A stretch of DNA of 64,000 bases from Nannocystis bainbridge (GCF_028368995.1 NZ_JAQNDL010000005.1:576001-640000), one strand, 5' to 3'; counted from the stretch's first letter, positions 9,534-19,906 are shown. Program-made: numbers and translations. Notes: a model not told the origin generated them from the sequence alone.

Positions 9534-11378
9534 TCACGGGATCGTGACGGGGACCTCGATCGTGTTGTTGTCGTACACGCGCTCGTTGAGCAGCGGCAGC
9601 GCCCACTCCGGGCGCGGCTGGTTGACCGAGATCTGCAGCGTGTACTCGCCGGGCGGGACGCCGGTGACGTCGACCCACTGGCACGGCAGGCCGGCCTCGT
9701 AGTGGTCGGTGAAGCCGCGGCTGATGCCCTGATTGGCGCAGTCGAACCGCGGCAGCGCCAGCGGCCACGCCCAGCTCACGGTGTCGAGCATGCAGAACGC
9801 CTGCTTGTGCCCGGTCGCCACCACCATGTCGCCTTCCTGGTCGCGCAGCTCGTAGCGCGCGAACTCGTCGAAGTGATAGTGGTCGTGGCAGCCGCTGTAG
9901 TGGAACAGCTCGGGGTGGTTGGCGGGGATGCCCATCACCAGGTCGGCCGAGCCGATGTTCGGCATCGCCGCCGTGAACAGCATCAGTCGCCGCATGCCGA
10001 GGTCGCCGAGGCAGCCCTCGGCGACCTCGCAGGTGTCCTTGGTGGCGAGGATCTCGGTGAACAGCGGACTTATCCACGTGCCGTCGACGATCAGGTCGGG
10101 CGCGTCGCAGCCGAGCGGCCCGTTGCCGGGCGCGTCCGGGGTCGCGGGCGGGCTTGCGAAATCGAGGCCGGCGACCGGCTCGGTGCAGCGATAGACGCCG
10201 GTGTTGAGCACGCCCTGCGAGCAGCACAGCAGCGCCTCGGGGCAGGCGGCAGGGCCCGCGCCCGGATCGCACAGCCCATCGAGGCCCGACGCGCAGATCG
10301 TCGGCTCGGCGTGGGCGCGCACGATCACCGAATCGATCGCCGCCTCGAGGATCCCCGCGCCCTCGTCGGTGGCGGTGAGGCGCAGCCGCGAGCCCGCGGC
10401 CATCGGCACCCCGCACGCCCCGTACTCGCGCGGGGTCCACAGGTTCGCCGGCGCCAGCGCGTGGTCGACATCGAGCCGCTCGAGCTCGTGCGCGACGGGA
10501 TTGCCCTGCGCGTCGGGCACCAGCAGCTCGACCTTCAACGCCGACAGCGCGCCGGGCTCCGACTTGTAGAAGAAGCGGTGGAGCTGCACGGTCGCGGTCG
10601 CGGCGCCCTCGAGGTCGAACTCGGGCGAGGTGACGATCGTGCTGCCGCCGGCGACGTCGGCCGCGTCGGCCAGCCCGCCCGGGTTGTGCCCGGTGAACAG
10701 GCAGTTCAGCCCCGTGGCGCACAGCTCCGGCTGCGACAGGTCGCCGGCGTGCGAGGTGCCCTCCGGGTTGCCGCGCACCCACGCGCCCGCGCCCGCGTCG
10801 CCCTCGATCTGCCACGCGAAATCGCCGTCGAACTCCTCCTCGAACACGATCCCGGTCAGGCCGTCGGACTTGGTGGTGAAGCTCCACGCCGGCCGCTTGA
10901 GCGAGACCCGCGTCGGATCGTCGGCCTCGAACGCCTGCACCTGCCACGAATAGGTGGTCTCGAAATTGAGGTCGAGCGGGCCGACGCACGGACCGGGGTA
11001 GCCGGGCTCCTCGCCGAGGATGCCGTGCGTCAGCTCGGTGTCGTCGACGAACACGCGGTAGCGCACCGCCTCGCCCTCCGGATCGACGACTGGCTCCCAG
11101 CACAGCAGGGCCGCGGTCGACACGTCGGTCGCGCCGTCGACCGGCGAGACGAGGAACGGCGGCAGCGGCAATTCGTCGACGCCGGGCGCCCCGGTGGTCG
11201 GCGGGCCCGTTCCGCTCGAGCCGGCCGAGGCCTCGCCGCTCGAGCTCTCGCCCCCGCTCGAGGAGGTCGATGCGGCCTGCGCGGTCGTCGTGTCGCCGCG
11301 GCCGCACGCGAGCAGCACGAGCGCGCCGCCCAGCGCCACGCGCCTGGAATTGCCTCGATCGCGCGAAACGCCGCTCAC
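9534..11378 (-). CDS. Lysyl oxidase family lipoprotein with FN3-like and jelly-roll N-terminal domains
   Basis: Cu-binding CHDHYH; GHKQAFCMLD (LTQ Lys); DHYEAGLPCQWVDVT (LTQ Tyr); lipobox LLAC; TACGAT 6 nt before GTG. Confidence 0.9.
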   Translation of the reverse strand: MSGVSRDRGNSRRVALGGALVLLACGRGDTTTAQAASTSSSGGESSSGEASAGSSGTGPPTTGAPGVDELPLPPFLVSPVDGATDVSTAALLCWEPVVDPEGEAVRYRVFVDDTELTHGILGEEPGYPGPCVGPLDLNFETTYSWQVQAFEADDPTRVSLKRPAWSFTTKSDGLTGIVFEEEFDGDFAWQIEGDAGAGAWVRGNPEGTSHAGDLSQPELCATGLNCLFTGHNPGGLADAADVAGGSTIVTSPEFDLEGAATATVQLHRFFYKSEPGALSALKVELLVPDAQGNPVAHELERLDVDHALAPANLWTPREYGACGVPMAAGSRLRLTATDEGAGILEAAIDSVIVRAHAEPTICASGLDGLCDPGAGPAACPEALLCCSQGVLNTGVYRCTEPVAGLDFASPPATPDAPGNGPLGCDAPDLIVDGTWISPLFTEILATKDTCEVAEGCLGDLGMRRLMLFTAAMPNIGSADLVMGIPANHPELFHYSGCHDHYHFDEFARYELRDQEGDMVVATGHKQAFCMLDTVSWAWPLALPRFDCANQGISRGFTDHYEAGLPCQWVDVTGVPPGEYTLQISVNQPRPEWALPLLNERVYDNNTIEVPVTIP

Positions 11379-11674
11379 GCCCGCATCGTAGCCCGTCGCG
11401 CGCGGGCCGTCACCGTGCGGGCGACGTCAGGGCGGCTTCGCCCAGGCCCCGCGGCCGCACAGCAGGACGGGCCTTTCGCGCGTCCCTCGTGCGCGGACCT
11501 GCCTGCGTGAGGGCCGCCGGGCTCTTCACGTCGCGGGCTTCGACCGCGCCATGCTTCGGGCCGCACGGGACGTCACTCGAGCGCGGAGTCCCCGAGGAAC
11601 TCGACGGCGGTGCGCGGGTCGACCATGGGCGCGGAGACCTGCCCGGTCATTCGCCAGATTGCGTCGACACCTGC

Positions 11675-11696
11675 GTATCGTCAATATGGACATACG
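11675..11696. repeat. Degenerate single TGTC-N6-GACA site
   Basis: cgtc-aatatg-gacatacg in the long divergent intergenic region. Confidence 0.35.
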
Positions 11697-12158
11697 AACA
11701 CCACGGCTGCGCCTGCTCGCATCGCCGATTCGCACCTCATCCGTCAGGCTTGCGAGTCGATCCTCATGACTCGAAGGGACACATCTTTAAGAAACAATCG
11801 CAGCACGCCCTGCGCGGCGACGGTCGGTTGCCCCGCGAGCGAGGAGTCAGGGAATTCGGAAACGACGATTCCGAGCCCCCGAGGAGAGCAGGACGTCAGG
11901 CCGGCGCGCGCCGACGCTGTTGCGATTGCTCATGCTCGAGCCTTGACGGATTCTCGCCTCTGCGGCAACCCATTCGGGCTTCCGAGCCGGGGAATTGCCG
12001 CCTTGGCGCCCCGGCAATTCGCACCGTCGGTACAGATCTTGGAAGCGATTTAAATAGAGTGACTTTAAAAACTCGCGGGCCTAAGCTCGGTGAAGCTTGG
12101 ATCTCGTTCGGCCGCGCTCCCCGCGTCGCCGGGGGTCCATGCATGGATTGGAGCTTGC

Positions 12159-14237
12159 GTGAACATCGAAACGTTCGTAGCGACCGCTCGTCGGGTGGTT
12201 CAGACCTCTTATTTGCCGATGGCCGGCGCCCTCGTGCTCGCATCGGTATACGCGACGCCGCGGATCGCCGAAGCCTACCCCGTCAAGCCGCCCTGGCGGG
12301 CGGATTCGCTGCCGGCGGACAACTTCATGATCACCAAGGGGCACGGCGGGTACAACTGCCCCGGCAATTGTGGCATCGACCTCAAGGTCTGGCGATTGGA
12401 CCCCACGAGCTCGGCCTGGACGTTCCTCAAGCCGGGATCCACGGCGACGCCGACGCCGCACGAAGATCATCTCGCGTGGGGCATGCCATTGTTCTCACCG
12501 GTCGATGGTGAGGTGGTCGCCTGCTGGTGGAACATGGAGGAGGACCTGCCTGGTGGTTCGGTGGGGCCTACCAACGGCGAGCCGCTGTCATGCTTCTCGA
12601 CCCCGGACGGCGGGTGTGTCGTCTCGGGCAATCACCTGATGATCCGCACCTTCGACGGTCACGTCGTCTATCTGGCGCATCTCCAGCGCGGCAGCATCCC
12701 GGCCGGGCTGTGCCCGATCCCCGGGACGGCCACGACCAACCTGACGCTGACGGCGTCGTCCGGAGAGGTGTGCAACAAGAGCGGTTGGGGGGGGATGTGG
12801 AACGGGGCGCGCCTCGATCTGCAGCCAGGATTCACCGCGTACCCTCAGGTCAAGAAGGGTGATTTCGTCGCCCGAATCGGGAGCAGCGGCGGATCGGATG
12901 CACCGCACCTCCACATGAGCGTGTACGAGTATTCGGAGGACTCAATCGTCACCAAAAACCCCTGCATTCGCGGGGAGCCGTGGGAATTCAGCGAGGCGTT
13001 CTCGCAGGAGGTCGTTTCGGGCGTCGAGCCCGACGTGAACGACTGGGACCGGCTCGAGGGCGAAGAGCTGCCGTTCGACGGCATCACCGGCTTCCACTTG
13101 TGGGGCGACCCGCTCGGGCCGCGCAACGACCACGTCTTCGTCGAGAACGGCACGATGCCCGCGGTGGCCGCCACTGCCTCCGGCGGCCTCATCGCCTACA
13201 AGAACTCCTCGAACATCCTCGAGGCGGCCGGCTTCACGATCGACCTCGCGGGCCAGATCGACCTCGGGCCCGAGGACGTGCGGTCCGGGGCCGTCGACTT
13301 CGACGTCGCGCGGATCAACCAGGTCGACCCGCACGCCGTGGTGGCGTACATCGACGGCACGACGACGCGACTGTCGCTCCTCCCGTACTTCGTCGAATCG
13401 GACGCCGACATCATCGCGGGCGGCTTGCACAGCGAGCTCAGCTCCGGCGCACAGTTGGTCCGCGCGACGGCGTCGCCGAACGACAACGGCATCGTCGTCG
13501 CCATCAAGAACAGCCTCGACGGCGTCTCGGTGGTCAACTACGAGACGACCCGGGTCGGCACCCACATCACCGTCTCGCGCGAGGCCAGCGATCTCACCTC
13601 GCCCGAGATCATCGACCTCGACGTCGCCACCATCGTGGCCGGGCGCGCGCGCAGCGAGACCACCGGCGCCTTCAAGGGCGTGGTGACGGCGGAGCGGCGC
13701 GACGACAATACGCTGTGGCTGCAGAGCTGGAAGCTCGACTCGACTGGGTCGAACCTCGACCAGATCGACGCGAAGCAGGTCACGACCCTCGTGGGCAACG
13801 TCGGCTTCGGGGTGAGCGAGGTCGACGTCACGGTGACCGGCAGCTTCGGCCGCGAGTACATCCTGGTGTCGTCGGCGCTCGACACTGGTTCGAGCAGCCT
13901 GCGGCTCCAGACCTGGGAAGTCTCGTCGCTCGGGATCCTCGGCAAGGTCGACCAGTTCGACGGCGGCGGGCCGATCTCGCACCTGTCCTCGACCCGCTCC
14001 GGCCTGCAGGACGCGCTCGTCGGCATGCGCCTCGGCACCTCCAGCCACACCCTGCTGTCGTTTCACGTGACCTCCGACGGGCTCATCCGCCGCGTCGGCA
14101 CGTGGGACGGCGAGAACATCCAGGCCCTGGCGCTGGCCGGGCGCAGCTCGCAGGAGGACGCGATCGCCCTGTTCCGCACCGCCTCCGGCATGCTCGACCT
14201 GGCCCGCTACGTCACCAATTATATGTGGTCCCTCTGA
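12159..14237 (+). CDS. Secreted M23-peptidase-like protein with long C-terminal beta-rich domain
   Basis: GIDL, YLAHLQRGS and VKKGD..ARIGSSGGSDAPHLH motifs; signal peptide ending AEA; GGAG before GTG 12159 (start uncertain). Confidence 0.75.
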   Translation: MNIETFVATARRVVQTSYLPMAGALVLASVYATPRIAEAYPVKPPWRADSLPADNFMITKGHGGYNCPGNCGIDLKVWRLDPTSSAWTFLKPGSTATPTPHEDHLAWGMPLFSPVDGEVVACWWNMEEDLPGGSVGPTNGEPLSCFSTPDGGCVVSGNHLMIRTFDGHVVYLAHLQRGSIPAGLCPIPGTATTNLTLTASSGEVCNKSGWGGMWNGARLDLQPGFTAYPQVKKGDFVARIGSSGGSDAPHLHMSVYEYSEDSIVTKNPCIRGEPWEFSEAFSQEVVSGVEPDVNDWDRLEGEELPFDGITGFHLWGDPLGPRNDHVFVENGTMPAVAATASGGLIAYKNSSNILEAAGFTIDLAGQIDLGPEDVRSGAVDFDVARINQVDPHAVVAYIDGTTTRLSLLPYFVESDADIIAGGLHSELSSGAQLVRATASPNDNGIVVAIKNSLDGVSVVNYETTRVGTHITVSREASDLTSPEIIDLDVATIVAGRARSETTGAFKGVVTAERRDDNTLWLQSWKLDSTGSNLDQIDAKQVTTLVGNVGFGVSEVDVTVTGSFGREYILVSSALDTGSSSLRLQTWEVSSLGILGKVDQFDGGGPISHLSSTRSGLQDALVGMRLGTSSHTLLSFHVTSDGLIRRVGTWDGENIQALALAGRSSQEDAIALFRTASGMLDLARYVTNYMWSL

Positions 14238-14245
14238 ATTACGAA

Positions 14246-14281
14246 CACATGTCCTCGAGGACATGTCGATGAAAACGTGAT
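14246..14281. repeat. 14-bp-period GACATGTC array (2-3 units)
   Basis: cacatgtc-ctcgag-gacatgtc-gatgaa-aacgtgat, starting 9 bp after the stop. Confidence 0.85.
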
Positions 14282-14286
14282 CCCAT

Positions 14287-14313
14287 TCCGGAGCTCGCCC
14301 GCCGAGCTCCGGA
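14287..14313 (+). terminator. Perfect 11-bp-stem hairpin
   Basis: tccggagctcg-cccgc-cgagctccgga with tttt shortly downstream. Confidence 0.5.
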
Positions 14314-14431
14314 CCGGTGCTTTTCGCTGACCTCGCGCCGAGGTGTGTCGATCCCGCCGCCATACGACCTGCGGCGCGCCCTCACCCGCCCTGCCCTCGA
14401 CCGCGCGTCCCGGCCCCGCTACCCTCGCCGG

Positions 14432-15508
14432 GTGGAGCTCCACGTCCCAGCCCGACCCGCGCCCTTCCGCTTCCGCCCCCGCGCCACCGCCCTGCTCGTG
14501 ATCGACATGCAGGGCGACTTCCTGCTCCCCGGCGGCTTCGGCGAGGCCCTCGGCAATGACGTGCGCGAGCTGCAGCGGACCATCGCCCCGACCCGCGCCC
14601 TCCTCGACGCCGCGCGCGCCGCCGGCCTGCTCGTCGTGCACACCCGCGAGGGCCACCGCCCCGACCTCAGTGACTGCCCGCCGGCCAAGCACGCGCAAGG
14701 CCGCGAGGGCCTGCGGATCGGCGATCCCGGCCCGCGCGGGCGGATCCTCGTGCGCGGCGAGTCCGGCTGGGACATCGTGCCCGAGCTGGCCCCGGCGCCT
14801 GGCGAGCCGCTGATCGACAAGCCCGGCAAGGGGGCCTTTCACGCCACCGACCTCGAGCTCATCCTGCGCAACCGCGGGATCGAGGCGTTGCTGGTCGTCG
14901 GCGTGACCACCGAGGTCTGCGTGCAGACCACCGTGCGCGAGGCCAACGACCGCGGCTTCCGCTGCCTCGTGCTCGCCGACTGCGTCGCCTCCTACTTCCC
15001 CGAGTTTCACCGCGTCACCCTCGACATGATCGCGGCCCAGGGCGGCATCGCCGGCTCGGTCGGTCAATCCGCCGACCTCATCGCCGCGCTCGCGGGCGCC
15101 CCCGAGGCGCTCGAGCGCACGGTGCTGCGCTTCTACGAGGAGGCGCTCAACGCCGGCCGCGACGACGCGTTCACCGAGCTGCTCGCGCCCGACGTCGCCT
15201 ACGACAACCCGGCGACCGGCGTCACCCGCGGGCCCGCGGGCGTGCTCGCGGCGATCCGGGGCCTGCGCGCCGCCTTCCCCGACCTGCGCTACACCGTCGA
15301 GGAGCTGCTCGTCGACGGCGACCGCGTCGCCGCGCGCTTCACCCTCCGCGGCACCCACCACGGCCCCTTCCGCGGGCGGGCTGCGACCGGCCGCAGCGTC
15401 GAGGTCGGCGGCAGCACCCACTACCGCGTCGCCGGCGGCCAGCTCACCGAGGTCCGCGTGTTCGCCGATTTCCTCGGCTTGCTGCGGCAGATCGGCGCCG
15501 AGATCTAG
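14432..15508 (+). CDS. Biuret-hydrolase-like cysteine hydrolase fused to a SnoaL/ester-cyclase domain
   Basis: [27 protein letters not shown] motifs; C-terminal [33 protein letters not shown]; TACCCT 6 nt before GTG. Confidence 0.85.
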   Translation: MELHVPARPAPFRFRPRATALLVIDMQGDFLLPGGFGEALGNDVRELQRTIAPTRALLDAARAAGLLVVHTREGHRPDLSDCPPAKHAQGREGLRIGDPGPRGRILVRGESGWDIVPELAPAPGEPLIDKPGKGAFHATDLELILRNRGIEALLVVGVTTEVCVQTTVREANDRGFRCLVLADCVASYFPEFHRVTLDMIAAQGGIAGSVGQSADLIAALAGAPEALERTVLRFYEEALNAGRDDAFTELLAPDVAYDNPATGVTRGPAGVLAAIRGLRAAFPDLRYTVEELLVDGDRVAARFTLRGTHHGPFRGRAATGRSVEVGGSTHYRVAGGQLTEVRVFADFLGLLRQIGAEI

Positions 15509-15529
15509 ACCTGTCCTTCAGGGCAGGTG
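15508..15529. repeat. 14-bp-period array (2 units)
   Basis: gacctgtc-cttcag-ggcaggtg beginning on the last base of the TAG stop. Confidence 0.7.
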
Positions 15530-15988
15530 ATTGCCCGTGCGAACCTCGCCCTGGCCTGCGACGACTCGAGCCCGTCGCTCGCTCGCACGCGCGGATCGTG
15601 CAGGCGAAATTCGTCCGCGCCGAGACGGGCGAGGCCGGCCCACGCGCGACCACTTCGCGGACGACCTGAGCCGCGCACCCACGTATCGCCGCACGGCATC
15701 GAGCGCTCCGAATCCCCGCCGCGTCACGCCGCATTCTCGCGTGAAGTGCGCGAGGCGACCTGCAGATCGCCGGCCGCAGATCCACCGTCCAGCGCCCGCA
15801 AACACCCCTCCCCGGCTCCCTCGCGTCGCCTGCCCGCAGGGCGACGAGCGCTTCGCCTGCGGGTGCGACCCGAGCCGACTCGCGCCCGCGGCAGGCCGCG
15901 CGGCCTCTCCCCACGGCGCGGGCGTCCGCTCGCGCCGAACGATTTGCGGCCCTCTCCTTCCGCCGGGACGGTGTTACCCTCCCCGGCC

Positions 15989-16636
15989 ATGCGTACCACC
16001 TTGATCTTCGCCGGTCTCGTGGCGCTCTGCGTCAGCCCGGCGGCGGCTTGCAAGCGGAACAGTGATTCTCGCGGTCCCGGCGACTGCGGCGGCCTGTGCG
16101 GCAAGGGTACCCACTGCGAGGCCGGTGCGTGCGTCGTCGACGGCGAGACCGACCAGCCGGTCAAGCAAGAGGTCGAGACCAACGAGATTCCGATGCGGCC
16201 GCAGATCACGTCGTGGGGCGAGTGCACCATGGAGCGTGACGAGCTGCCGAAGAAGTTCGTCCCCGTCGACGACTCGGCCGTCCCGCAATTCGACATCGAG
16301 CGCCCGCGCGTGCTCGACTGGAGCGAGGGCGAGGAGCAGCTCAACGAGCAAGTGCTCAGCGCCCACATGCGCGAGGTCGAGTACGGCATCAACGAGTGTC
16401 TGGCCGTCGCCGCCTGTTACAAGGGCGGCAGCCTCCGCGGCGGTCGCCTCGACATGGTCATCAGCCTGGTCGGAAAGACAGGCAAGGTCGACGCCGTGAC
16501 CGTCACCGCCTCGAAGGACCTGCAGGTCTTCGGCATCGTCCCGTGCGTCCGCAAGGTCCTCGCCGACCACCAGTTCCCGCGCTACAACGGCCCGTCGATG
16601 ACGGTGAAGTACAACATCGAGATCGGCGAAGAGTAG
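15989..16636 (+). CDS. Lipoprotein of unknown function (C-terminus loosely TonB-C/AgmX-like)
   Basis: Signal/lipobox AAAC; Cys knuckle; C-terminal CVRKVL...FP...VKYNI; GC3 bias. Confidence 0.75.
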   Translation: MRTTLIFAGLVALCVSPAAACKRNSDSRGPGDCGGLCGKGTHCEAGACVVDGETDQPVKQEVETNEIPMRPQITSWGECTMERDELPKKFVPVDDSAVPQFDIERPRVLDWSEGEEQLNEQVLSAHMREVEYGINECLAVAACYKGGSLRGGRLDMVISLVGKTGKVDAVTVTASKDLQVFGIVPCVRKVLADHQFPRYNGPSMTVKYNIEIGEE

Positions 16637-16652
16637 CGCCGACCCGGGCCTG

Positions 16653-19196
16653 CTAGCCCTCGGCGGCGTCGCGGCGCCGCAGCATCCACGCCGTCAGCAG
16701 CAGGCACACCAGCGTGTAGCCCGCGAGCACCGCCCACACCAGCCCGATGTGCTCCGGCGTCGGGCTGTAGTTGACCGACGCGTAGACCTCGCAAGTCAGT
16801 GGGTCGCCCGGGAACTCGCAGCGGGTCATGTCGCGCGGCTCGAGCAGCGCCGCGATCGACCCCATCGACTCCATGCCCCAGCGCGCGCCGGTCAAGTACG
16901 ACAGCGGGGCCAGCACCGCCGGCAACGGCATCAGCGCCAGCGCGAACACCAATTGGGGGATCAGCGCCAGCGGCACCGTGCTCATCGCCTTGTCCGAGCT
17001 CGACACCCACGTCGAGATCAACAGCCCGAGGCCGACCCCCGACAGCGACGTCAAGAACACCGACACCAGCATCGCGCCCCACAGCCCGAGCGGCGGCTGG
17101 CGCGTCATGTCGATGAACCCGTACTCGGTCAGCGCCACATAGTCGGCCGCGAAGTCGACGCGCAGCAGCAGCAGCAGCATCAGCACCAGGCTCTGGACCG
17201 CGCACAGCCCCGCGAGCACGCCGAGCTTCGACAGCAGGTAGGCCGGGATCCGCAGGCTCGCCAGGCGCTCGCGGCGATAGATCTCCGACTCCTTGGTGAT
17301 CTCGCGGACCGAGTTGATCACGCCGAACCACACCGCCACCACGCTGAGCAAGAACAGCAACAGCCGCCCATTCGTCGACGGCGACGATTGCAGCGCCGTC
17401 GGCCGGGCCGCCAGCAGCAGCACCGCCCCGATCACCGGCGCTTGCAGCAGCAAGATCAGCAGGTTCTTGCGGTCGGCCGTGATAAGCCGCAGGTAGCGGT
17501 CCGCCAGCACGCGGGTCTGGAACAACCACGACGCGTCGTCGGTCGGCGGCGGGCGGACCGGCGTGCTGGTGGCCTTGACCGGCTCGTCGGCGATGCGGAA
17601 GTGGCCCGGCGCGACCGCCTGCAGCCGCACCCCCGACACCTCGCTCTCGGTCTGCCGCTCGTACACGTAGACCCGGTACTCGTCCGAGCGGCGGAACCGG
17701 ATCTCCCACAGCTCGGCCATCGTCGGCGCGCGCTTGGCCTGCGGGTTGTGCTCGTGCCACGAGCGGTACTCGGCCGCGAGCTCGCCCTGGCGCATCACCT
17801 CCGGCGGCCCGACCCGGCCCCCGAGCTTGGTGTAGATGTCGGCGAAATCGCCGCTGGTGACCCCGAACAGCGCCAGCGCCCCCGCGGGCGGCCCGTAATA
17901 GACCAGGCGTCCGCCGGCCATGAACGCCACCAGATCGCACTGCGTGATGTTGGCGGTCGCGTGGGTCACCAGCACCACCGTGCGGCCCGAGTCGGCGATG
18001 TACCGCAGCGTGTACATCATCTTCTTCTCGAGCCCCGGATCGAGCCCGCTGGTCGGCTCGTCGAGGAAGAACAGGTTGGGATCGGCGAGCAGCTCCGACG
18101 CGATCGAGACCCGCTTGCGCTGGCCGCCGGACAGCTCCGTGATCCGCTGCTGGCGCGCCTCGACCATCTCGACCTCCTCGAGCACGCGGACGATCCGCCC
18201 CTCGATCTCGGCCGCCGTCGTGTCGATCGACAGGCGCAGCCGCGCGGTGTAGCGCAGCGCCTCCTCCACCGTCAGGTTGCTGTGCAGGATGTCGTCCTGC
18301 GGCACGTAGCCGATCCCGCTGCGATAGCAGTGATAGTTCGAATACAGGTCGTCGTCGCCGACCCGCACCTGCCCGGCGTCCGGCCGGCGCACCCCGGCGA
18401 GCGCCGCCATCAGCGAGCTCTTGCCCGCGCCCGAGGCCCCGACCAGCGCCACGAACTCGCGCGGCTCGATCACCAGCGACACGTGGTCGAGGATCGCCTT
18501 GCCCGTCGAAGTCACCCGCACCAGCTCGCGGGCGTCGATCCGCATCGCCCCCTTCTGCTCGAATTGGTCGAGCGACTTGCCGGTGTAGATCAGCTTGAAC
18601 GGGCCGATCTGCAGCACGTCGCCCTGCTTGAGCTCGTGCACGTGGACCCGCACCCCGTTGACGAAGGTCCCGTTGGCGCTGCCGTGATCGGTGAGCTCGT
18701 GGCCGCGGTCGAACGCGCGGAGGGTCGCGTGCCGGCGCGACACCTGCAGGCTCGGCAGCACCAGGTCGCAGGCCTCGCGGCCGATCGTCACCTGCGGCTT
18801 GTCGAGCGCGCACCGCTGCACCGGCGACGTCGGCTGGGCCTGCGCCCGCTTGCCGATGTCCTGATACGTCAAGCTGACGAAGTTGCCGGTCACCGGATCG
18901 CCGATCCGGATCACGTCGCCGTCGTTGAACGCGTGCGAGCCGACGCGCCGCCCGCGGTAGAGCAGGCCGTTGCCGCCGCCGAGATCGACGATCCGGTGGC
19001 CCTGGCGATCGGGCTCGACGCGCGCGTGGTAGAGCGCGACCCAGGCCGACTGGATCACCACCTCGTTGTCCTGCCTGCGGCCGATCCGCAGCGGACGCGC
19101 GCCCAGGCGGACATCCTGCAGTTTGCGGCCCGCCGCCTCGATCGTCAGGTAGGTCGTCGCCGAGCGGATGACGACCGTATCCTCGGGCTCGTGCAC
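16653..19196 (-). CDS. FHA-FHA-ABC transporter (ATPase plus ABC-2 permease, Rv1747-like architecture)
   Basis: Two FHA domains (IGR..H..NG); Walker A GASGAGKS, LSGGQ, LDEPTSGLD; C-terminal TM helices; TACGAT 6 nt before GTG. Confidence 0.9.
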   Translation of the reverse strand: MHEPEDTVVIRSATTYLTIEAAGRKLQDVRLGARPLRIGRRQDNEVVIQSAWVALYHARVEPDRQGHRIVDLGGGNGLLYRGRRVGSHAFNDGDVIRIGDPVTGNFVSLTYQDIGKRAQAQPTSPVQRCALDKPQVTIGREACDLVLPSLQVSRRHATLRAFDRGHELTDHGSANGTFVNGVRVHVHELKQGDVLQIGPFKLIYTGKSLDQFEQKGAMRIDARELVRVTSTGKAILDHVSLVIEPREFVALVGASGAGKSSLMAALAGVRRPDAGQVRVGDDDLYSNYHCYRSGIGYVPQDDILHSNLTVEEALRYTARLRLSIDTTAAEIEGRIVRVLEEVEMVEARQQRITELSGGQRKRVSIASELLADPNLFFLDEPTSGLDPGLEKKMMYTLRYIADSGRTVVLVTHATANITQCDLVAFMAGGRLVYYGPPAGALALFGVTSGDFADIYTKLGGRVGPPEVMRQGELAAEYRSWHEHNPQAKRAPTMAELWEIRFRRSDEYRVYVYERQTESEVSGVRLQAVAPGHFRIADEPVKATSTPVRPPPTDDASWLFQTRVLADRYLRLITADRKNLLILLLQAPVIGAVLLLAARPTALQSSPSTNGRLLLFLLSVVAVWFGVINSVREITKESEIYRRERLASLRIPAYLLSKLGVLAGLCAVQSLVLMLLLLLRVDFAADYVALTEYGFIDMTRQPPLGLWGAMLVSVFLTSLSGVGLGLLISTWVSSSDKAMSTVPLALIPQLVFALALMPLPAVLAPLSYLTGARWGMESMGSIAALLEPRDMTRCEFPGDPLTCEVYASVNYSPTPEHIGLVWAVLAGYTLVCLLLTAWMLRRRDAAEG

Positions 19197-19372
19197 GCCG
19201 GCATCGTACCCAATGGCGCCGGCCGCAGCGCATTCCGTCGCCGCTTCGGACCGGAAAGGCGCGTCCGCCGAGCGCGAGCCGCGCGAGCGATGCCTGCTCA
19301 AGCGGACAGGTCGCGTCCTCGCCCGCCGCGCGCGATCCCGAGGTGCGGCGATCGTGTTACGCTCGGCAGCCG

Positions 19373-19906
19373 ATGACACTGGCCACCCCGCGCCCCACTT
19401 CTCCCGGCCTCCTGCGCCGCGTGCACCTGACCGGGATGCTGGCCCTGACCCTCGCCAGCGCCGCCTGCGACGTCGACGAGATCGAGGTGTCGAGCGACAA
19501 GTCGGGCGCCTACAAGTCGGAATCGGGCGGCCGCGGCACCAAGGTCCTCACCGCCGCCGACGGCTCGACGGTGACGATCCAGCGCGACGGCACGGTCACC
19601 AAGCCTGACGGCACCAAGGTCCAGGTCAAGAAGGACGGCACGATCGTCATGTCCGACGGCAAGCGCGTGCGCGTGTTCCCCGACGGCTCACGCTCGACGC
19701 TGTCGGTCGAGCGCACCGAGTTCACCGCCGACGGCTCGATGGTCGTGGTCGCCGACGACGGCTCGCGCACGACGATCGCCCCCAACGGCACCGTCACCCG
19801 CGAGCTCCCCGGCGGCGCCCGCTCGTCGCTGACGATCGAGAAGCCCACGCCCCCCTCGGCCGCCCCGGCCCCGACCCCCGCCCCGACCCAGACCGCCACG
19901 CCCTGA
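19373..19906 (+). CDS. Lipoprotein with xDG(S/T) beta-hairpin repeats
   Basis: Lipobox SAAC; repeated DGST/DGTV/DGTK/DGTI/DGKR; Pro-Thr tail. Confidence 0.75.
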   Translation: MTLATPRPTSPGLLRRVHLTGMLALTLASAACDVDEIEVSSDKSGAYKSESGGRGTKVLTAADGSTVTIQRDGTVTKPDGTKVQVKKDGTIVMSDGKRVRVFPDGSRSTLSVERTEFTADGSMVVVADDGSRTTIAPNGTVTRELPGGARSSLTIEKPTPPSAAPAPTPAPTQTATP

